Assembly (NCBI GenBank): GCA_964057225.1
Contig: OZ059894.1
Location: forward strand, 20,894,001 to 20,958,000
Origin: Auanema rhodensis
Lineage: Eukaryota > Animalia > Nematoda
DNA: 64,000 nt
Reading direction: 5' to 3'
Positions 55,443 to 64,000 of the stretch are shown here, one piece after another; the first letter of the stretch is position 1, and each line of letters opens with the position of its first letter. The translations under genes were made by a program, and so were the position numbers. The notes under the pieces are model-generated. The model ran no database searches. It had not been told where the DNA came from and saw only the letters and a list, made by a program, of their open reading frames with translations.

Positions 55443-58400
55443 TTAGTTATGATCGTTTGAAAAATGATGCATTAGTGTATGTTGAGTTTCCATGTACACT
55501 CAACATTGCTTCCAAAAACATTTTGACAAAAATTTTTTCGAGAAATTTCAAAATAATTTAGCAAAAAGTAGATGTTTTTAGATTCCTTTTTTCAAGGCAA
55601 AGACGATGGACAATGTTATTCAACGAAAAAATTAATTCTTCAGGGTGAAAATCGAGGATATAAGTGTGAACTTATATCAGTTGATATCTCGGTGCATTTT
55701 TAAGCTAGCTCAAATCTGATAACACAGATCGACGCAGCTTAAAAATCCGCATCGAATGCACTATACTACATTGAGAAACGCTTAATACAAAAATTAGTTA
55801 TGATCGTTTGAAAAATGATGCATTAGTGTATGTTGAGTTTCCATGTACACTCAACATTGCTTCCAAAAACATTTTGACAAAAATTTTTTCGAAAAATTTC
55901 AAAATAATTTAGCAAAAAGTAGATGTTTTTAGATTCCTTTTTTCAAGGCAAAGACGATGGACAATGTTATTCAACGAAAAAATTAATTCTTCAGGGTGAA
56001 AATCGAGGATATAAGTGTGAACTTATATCAGTTGATATCTCGGTGCATTTTTAAGCTAGCGCAAATCTGATAACACAGATCGACGCAGCTTAAAAATCCG
56101 CATCGAATGCACTATACTACATTGAGAAACGCTCAATACAAAAATTAGTTATGATCGTTTGAAAAATGATGCATTAGTGTATGTTGAGTTTCCATGTACA
56201 CTCAACATTGCTTCCAAAAACATTTTGACAAAAATTTTTTCGAGAAATTTCAAAATAATTTAGCAAAAAGTAGATGTTTTTAGATTCCTTTTTTCAAGTC
56301 AAAGACGATGGACAATGTAATTCAACGAAAAAATTAATTCTTCAGGGTGAAAATCGAGGATATAAGTGTGAACTTATATCAGTTGATATCTCGGTGCATT
56401 TTTAAGCTAGCGCAAATCTGATAACACAGATCGACGCAACTTAAAAATCCGCATCGAATGCACTATACTACATTGAGAAACGCTTAATACAAAAATTAGT
56501 TATGATCGTTTGAAAAATGATGCATTAGTGTATGTTGAGTTTCCATGTACACTCAACATTGCTTCCAAAAACATTTTGACAAAAATTTTTTCGAAAAATT
56601 TCGAAATAATTTAGCAAAAAGTAGATGTTTTTAGATTCCATTTTTCAAGGCAAAGACGATGGACAATGGTATTTAACGAAAAAATTAATTCTTCAGGGTG
56701 AAAATCGAGGATATAAGTGTGAACTTATATCAGTTGATATCTCGGTGCATTTTCAAGCTAGCACAAATCTGATAACACAGAACGACGCAGCTTAAAAATC
56801 CGCATAGAATGCACTATACTACATTGAGAAACGCTTAATACAAAAATTAGTTATGATCGTTTGAAAAATGATGCATTAGTGTATGTTGAGTTTCCATGTA
56901 CACTCAACATTGCTTCCAAAAACATTTTGACAAAAATTTTTTCGAGAAATTTCAAAATAATTTAGCAAAAAGTAGATGTTTTTAGATTCCTTTTTTCAAG
57001 GCAAAGACGATGGACAATGTTATTCAACGAAAAAATTAATTCTTCAGGGTGAAAATCGAGGATATAAGTGTGAACTTATATCAGTTGATATCTCGGTGCA
57101 TTTTTAAGCTAGCTCAAATCTGATAACACAGATCGACGCAGCTTAAAAATCCGCATCGAATGCACTATACTACATTGAGAAACGCTTAATACAAAAATTA
57201 GTTATGATCGTTTGAAAAATGATGCATTAGTGTATGTTGAGTTTCCATGTACACTCAACATTGCTTCCAAAAACATTTTGACAAAAATTTTTTCGAAAAA
57301 TTTCAGAATAATTTAGCAAAAAGTAGATGTTTTTAGATTCCTTTTTTCAAGGCAAAGACGATGGACAATGTTATTCAACGAAAAAATTAATTCTTCAGGG
57401 TGAAAATCGAGGATATAAGTGTGAACTTATATCAGTTGATATCTCGGTGCATTTTTAAGCTAGCGCAAATCTGATAACACAGATCGACGCAGCTTAAAAA
57501 TCCGCATCGAATGCACTATACTACATTGAGAAACGCTCAATACAAAAATTAGTTATGATCGTTTGAAAAATGATGCATTAGTGTATGTTGAGTTTCCATG
57601 TACACTCAACATTGCTTCCAAAAACATTTTGACAAAAATTTTTTCGAGAAATTTCAAAATAATTTAGCAAAAAGTAGATGTTTTTAGATTCCTTTTTTCA
57701 AGTCAAAGACGATGGACAATGTAATTCAACGAAAAAATTAATTCTTCAGGGTGAAAATCGAGGATATAAGTGTGAACTTATATCAGTTGATATCTCGGTG
57801 CATTTTTAAGCTAGCGCAAATCTGATAACACAGATCGACGCAACTTAAAAATCCGCATCGAATGCACTATACTACATTGAGAAACGCTTAATACAAAAAT
57901 TAGTTATGATCGTTTGAAAAATGATGCATTAGTGTATGTTGAGTTTCCATGTACACTCAACATTGCTTCCAAAAACATTTTGACAAAAATTTTTTCGAAA
58001 AATTTCGAAATAATTTAGCAAAAAGTAGATGTTTTTAGATTCCATTTTTCAAGGCAAAGACGATGGACAATGGTATTTAACGAAAAAATTAATTCTTCAG
58101 GGTGAAAATCGAGGATATAAGTGTGAACTTATATCAGTTGATATCTCGGTGCATTTTCAAGCTAGCACAAATCTGATAACACAGAACGACGCAGCTTAAA
58201 AATCCGCATAGAATGCACTATACTACATTGAGAAACGCTTAATACAAAAATTAGTTATGATCGTTTGAAAAATGATGCATTAGTGTATGTTGAGTTTCCA
58301 TGTACACTCAACATTGCTTCCAAAAACATTTTGACAAAAATTTTTTCGAGAAATTTCAAAATAATTTAGCAAAAAGTAGATGTTTTTAGATTCCTTTTTT

Positions 58401-61400
58401 CAAGGCAAAGACGATGGACAATGTTATTCAACGAAAAAATTAATTCTTCAGGGTGAAAATCGAGGATATAAGTGTGAACTTATATCAGTTGATATCTCGG
58501 TGCATTTTTAAGCTAGCTCAAATCTGATAACACAGATCGACGCAGCTTAAAAATCCGCATCGAATGCACTATACTACATTGAGAAACGCTTAATACAAAA
58601 ATTAGTTATGATCGTTTGAAAAATGATGCATTAGTGTATGTTGAGTTTCCATGTACACTCAACATTGCTTCCAAAAACATTTTGACAAAAATTTTTTCGA
58701 AAAATTTCAGAATAATTTAGCAAAAAGTAGATGTTTTTAGATTCCTTTTTTCAAGGCAAAGACGATGGACAATGTTATTCAACGAAAAAATTAATTCTTC
58801 AGGGTGAAAATCGAGGATATAAGTGTGAACTTATATCAGTTGATATCTCGGTGCATTTTTAAGCTAGCGCAAATCTGATAACACAGATCGACGCAGCTTA
58901 AAAATCCGCATCGAATGCACTATACTACATTGAGAAACGCTCAATACAAAAATTAGTTATGATCGTTTGAAAAATGATGCATTAGTGTATGTTGAGTTTC
59001 CATGTACACTCAACATTGCTTCCAAAAACATTTTGACAAAAATTTTTTCGAGAAATTTCAAAATAATTTAGCAAAAAGTAGATGTTTTTAGATTCCTTTT
59101 TTCAAGGCAAAGACGATGGACAATGTTATTCAACGAAAAAATTAATTCTTCAGGGTGAAAATCGAGGATATAAGTGTGAACTTATATCAGTTGATATCTC
59201 GGTGCATTTTTAAGCTAGCGCAAATCTGATAACACAGAACGACGCAGCTTAAAAATTCGCATCGAATGCACTATACTACATTGAGAAACGCTTAATACAA
59301 AAATTAGTTATGATCGTTTGAAAAATGATGCATTAGTGTATGTTGAGTTTCCATGTACACTCAACATTGCTTCCAAAAACATTTTGACAAAAATTTTTTC
59401 GAAAAATTTCAAAATAATTTAGCAAAAAGTAGATGTTTTTAGATTCCATTTTTCAAGGCAAAGACGATGGACAATGGTATTTAACGAAAAAATTAATTCT
59501 TCAGGGTGAAAATCGAGGATATAAGTGTGAACTTATATCAGTTGATATCTCGGTGCATTTTCAAGCTAGCGCAAATCTGATAACACAGAACGACGCAGCT
59601 TAAAAATCCGCATCGAATGCACTATACTACATTGAGAAACGCTTAATACAAAAATTAGTTATGATCGTTTGAAAAATGATGCATTAGTGTATGTTGAGTT
59701 TCCATGTACACTCAACATTGCTTCCAAAAACATTTTGACAAAAATTTTTTCGAGAAATTTCAAAATAATTTAGCAAAAAGTAGATGTTTTTAGATTCCTT
59801 TTTTCAAGGCAAAGACGATGGACAATGTTATTCAACGAAAAAATTAATTCTTCAGGGTGAAAATCGAGGATATAAGTGTGAACTTATATCAGTTGATATC
59901 TCGGTGCATTTTTAAGCTAGCTCAAATCTGATAACACAGATCGACGCAGCTTAAAAATCCGCATCGAATGCACTATACTACATTGAGAAACGCTTAATAC
60001 AAAAATTAGTTATGATCGTTTGAAAAATGATGCATTAGTGTATGTTGAGTTTCCATGTACACTCAACATTGCTTCCAAAAACATTTTGACAAAAATTTTT
60101 TCGAAAAATTTCAAAATAATTTAGCAAAAAGTAGATGTTTTTAGATTCCTTTTTTCAAGGCAAAGACGATGGACAATGTTATTCAACGAAAAAATTAATT
60201 CTTCAGGGTGAAAATCGAGGATATAAGTGTGAACTTATATCAGTTGATATCTCGGTGCATTTTTAAGCTAGCGCAAATCTGATAACACAGATCGACGCAG
60301 CTTAAAAATCCGCACCGAATGCACTATACTACATTGAGAAACGCTCAATACAAAAATTAGTTATGATCGTTTGAAAAATGATGCATTAGTGTATGTTGAG
60401 TTTCCATGTACACTCAACATTGCTTCCAAAAACATTTTGACAAAAATTTTTTCGAGAAATTTCAAAATAATTTAGCAAAAAGTAGATGTTTTTAGATTCC
60501 TTTTTTCAAGTCAAAGACGATGGACAATGTAATTCAACGAAAAAATTAATTCTTCAGGGTGAAAATCGAGGATATAAGTGTGAACTTATATCAGTTGATA
60601 TCTCGGTGCATTTTTAAGCTAGCGCAAATCTGATAACACAGATCGACGCAACTTAAAAATCCGCATCGAATGCACTATACTACATTGAGAAACGCTTAAT
60701 ACAAAAATTAGTTATGATCGTTTGAAAAATGATGCATTAGTGTATGTTGAGTTTCCATGTACACTCAACATTGCTTCCAAAAACATTTTGACAAAAATTT
60801 TTTCGAAAAATTTCGAAATAATTTAGCAAAAAGTAGATGTTTTTAGATTCCATTTTTCAAGGCAAAGACGATGGACAATGGTATTTAACGAAAAAATTAA
60901 TTCTTCAGGGTGAAAATCGAGGATATAAGTGTGAACTTATATCAGTTGATATCTCGGTGCATTTTCAAGCTAGCACAAATCTGATAACACAGAACGACGC
61001 AGCTTAAAAATCCGCATAGAATGCACTATACTACATTGAGAAACGCTTAATACAAAAATTAGTTATGATCGTTTGAAAAATGATGCATTAGTGTATGTTG
61101 AGTTTCCATGTACACTCAACATTGCTTCCAAAAACATTTTGACAAAAATTTTTTCGAGAAATTTCAAAATAATTTAGCAAAAAGTAGATGTTTTTAGATT
61201 CCTTTTTTCAAGGCAAAGACGATGGACAATGTTATTCAACGAAAAAATTAATTCTTCAGGGTGAAAATCGAGGATATAAGTGTGAACTTATATCAGTTGA
61301 TATCTCGGTGCATTTTTAAGCTAGCTCAAATCTGATAACACAGATCGACGCAGCTTAAAAATCCGCATCGAATGCACTATACTACATTGAGAAACGCTTA

Positions 61401-63164
61401 ATACAAAAATTAGTTATGATCGTTTGAAAAATGATGCATTAGTGTATGTTGAGTTTCCATGTACACTCAACATTGCTTCCAAAAACATTTTGACAAAAAT
61501 TTTTTCGAAAAATTTCAAAATAATTTAGCAAAAAGTAGATGTTTTTAGATTCCTTTTTTCAAGGCAAAGACGATGGACAATGTTATTCAACGAAAAAATT
61601 AATTCTTCAGGGTGAAAATCGAGGATATAAGTGTAAACTTATATCAGTTGATATCTCGGTGCATTTTTAAGCTAGCGCAAATCTGATAACACAGATCGAC
61701 GCAGCTTAAAAATCCGCATCGAATGCACTATACTACATTGAGAAACGCTTAATACAAAAATTAGTTATGATCGTTTGAAAAATGATGCATTAGTGTATGT
61801 TGAGTTTCCATGTACACTCAACATTGCTTCCAAAAACATTTTGACAAAAATTTTTTCGAGAAATTTCAAAATAATTTAGCAAAAAGTAGATGTTTTTAGA
61901 TTCCTTTTTTCAAGGCAAAGACGATGGACAATGTAATTCAACGAAAAAATTAATTCTTCAGGGTGAAAATCGAGGATATAAGTGTGAACTTATATCAGTT
62001 GATATCTCGGTGCATTTTTAAGCTAGCGCAAATCTGATAACACAGATCGACGCAACTTAAAAATCCGCATCGAATGCACTATACTACATTGAGAAACGCT
62101 TAATACAAAAATTAGTTATGATCGTTTGAAAAATGATGCATTAGTGTATGTTGAGTTTCCATGTACACTCAACATTGCTTCCAAAAACATTTTGACAAAA
62201 ATTTTTTCGAAAAATTTCGAAATAATTTAGCAAAAAGTAGATGTTTTTAGATTCCATTTTTCAAGGCAAAGACGATGGACAATGGTATTTAACGAAAAAA
62301 TTAATTCTTCAGGGTGAAAATCGAGGATATAAGTGTGAACTTATATCAGTTGATATCTCGGTGCATTTTCAAGCTAGCACAAATCTGATAACACAGAACG
62401 ACGCAGCTTAAAAATCCGCATAGAATGCACTATACTACATTGAGAAACGCTTAATACAAAAATTAGTTATGATCGTTTGAAAAATGATGCATTAGTGTAT
62501 GTTGAGTTTCCATGTACACTCAACATTGCTTCCAAAAACATTTTGACAAAAATTTTTTCGAGAAATTTCAAAATAATTTAGCAAAAAGTAGATGTTTTTA
62601 GATTCCTTTTTTCAAGGCAAAGACGATGGACAATGTTATTCAACGAAAAAATTAATTCTTCAGGGTGAAAATCGAGGATATAAGTGTGAACTTATATCAG
62701 TTGATATCTCGGTGCATTTTTAAGCTAGCTCAAATCTGATAACACAGATCGACGCAGCTTAAAAATCCGCATCGAATGCACTATACTACATTGAGAAACG
62801 CTTAATACAAAAATTAGTTATGATCGTTTGAAAAATGATGCATTAGTGTATGTTGAGTTTCCATGTACACTCAACATTGCTTCCAAAAACATTTTGACAA
62901 AAATTTTTTCGAAAAATTTCAAAATAATTTAGCAAAAAGTAGATGTTTTTAGATTCCTTTTTTCAAGGCAAAGACGATGGACAATGTTATTCAACGAAAA
63001 AATTAATTCTTCAGGGTGAAAATCGAGGATATAAGTGTAAACTTATATCAGTTGATATCTCGGTGCATTTTTAAGCTAGCGCAAATCTGATAACACAGAT
63101 CGACGCAGCTTAAAAATCCGCATCGAATGCACTATACTACATTGAGAAACGCTTAATACAAAAA
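55443..63164. repeat. 4-mer HOR (1404 bp), ~5.5 units with one variant unit
   Basis: The GCTAGCTC monomer starts at 55443, 56847, 58251, 59655, 61059 and 62463. The GGTATTT+GCACAA+CATAGA monomer starts at 56496, 57900, 60708 and 62112. A TGTAATT monomer precedes each of the latter. Confidence 0.9.
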
Positions 63165-64000
63165 TTAGTTATGATCGTTTGAAAAATGATGCATTAGTGT
63201 ATGTTGAGCTTCCATGTACACTCAACATTGCTTCCAAAAACATTTTGACAAAAATTTTTTCGAAAAATTTCAAAATAATTTAGCAAAAAGTAGATGTTTT
63301 TAGATTCCTTTTTTCAAGGCAAAGACGATGGACAAAGTTATTCAACGAAAAAATTAATTCTTCAGGGTTAAAATCGAGGATATAAGTGTAAACTTATATC
63401 AGTTGATATCTCGGTGCATTTTTAAGCTAGCGCAAATCTGATAACACAGAACGACGCAGCTTAAAAATCCGCATCGAATACACTATACTACATTGAGAAA
63501 CGCTTAATACAAAAATTAGTTATGATCGTTTGAAAAATGATGCATTAGTGTATGTTGAGTTTCCATGTACACTCAACATTGCTTCCAAAAACATTTTGAC
63601 AAAAATTTTTTCGAAAAATTTCAAGATAATTTAGCAAAAAGTAGATGTTTTTAGATTCCTTTTTTCAAGGCAAAGACGATGGACAATGTTATTCAACGAA
63701 AAAATTAATTCTTCAGGGTGAAAATCGAGGATATAAGTGTGAACTTATATCAGTTGATATCTCGGTGCATTTTCAAGCTAGCGCAAATCTGATAACACAG
63801 CTCGACGCAGCTTAAAAATCCGCATCGAATGCACTATACTACATTGAGAAACGCTTAATACAAAAATTAGTTATGATCGTTTGAAAAATGATGCATTAGT
63901 GTATGTTGAGTTTCCATGTACACTCAACATTGCTTCCAAAAACATTTTGACAAAAATTTTTTCGAAAAATTTCAAAATAATTTAGCAAAAAGTAGATGTT

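Larger units (their letters stand above)
1..64000. repeat. Tandem satellite DNA array, 351-bp AT-rich monomer, ~182.4 copies, head-to-tail; probably (peri)centromeric/heterochromatic; family unidentified
   Basis: TTAGTTATGATCG recurs at 1, 352, 703 ... 7021 (=1+20x351), 35101. After four 4-bp deletions the phase shifts by 16 (47721; last start 63867). No unique sequence or inversion seen. The centromeric role is inference only. Confidence 0.99.

Noticed and set aside
1-64000. Giant repetitive ORF (351 = 117 codons, so frame would be preserved)
   Set aside because: All six frames have stops in each monomer: + strand TGA p16, TAG p2, TAG p117; - strand TAA from TTA at p1, p5 and p30.
1-64000. 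CRISPR array or other repeat-spacer system
   Set aside because: There are no unique spacers. The whole 351 bp is repeated and no cas or other genes are present.

Overview
The whole 64 kb window is one uninterrupted head-to-tail satellite DNA array. The monomer is 351 bp and about 31% GC by hand count of monomer 1. There are 182 complete monomers plus a 134-bp partial one, all in the same orientation, and the array runs off both ends. Monomers differ from consensus at only a handful of substitutions. The only indel seen is a 4-bp deletion in four copies. I found no genes, RNA genes, transposon insertions or CRISPR spacers, and all six reading frames are closed in every monomer. Two kinds of structure are visible. 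First, the monomer is rich in dyad symmetry: a 9-bp stem with a GNRA-type loop, a second 9-bp stem, a ~67-nt interrupted hairpin, longer-range inverted repeats and phased A/T tracts. Second, shared variants show a mosaic of short, local higher-order repeats (HORs) whose period changes along the array (2, 4, 6, 5, 3, 8, 7 and 4 monomers), with nested duplications and a mappable chimeric monomer. This looks like eukaryotic (peri)centromeric or heterochromatic satellite. I cannot assign the family or species, and I see no direct evidence of a new gene-based system. Notation: Mn = nth monomer counted from position 1; pN = position within the monomer. Variant typing was done by eye and should be confirmed by alignment.
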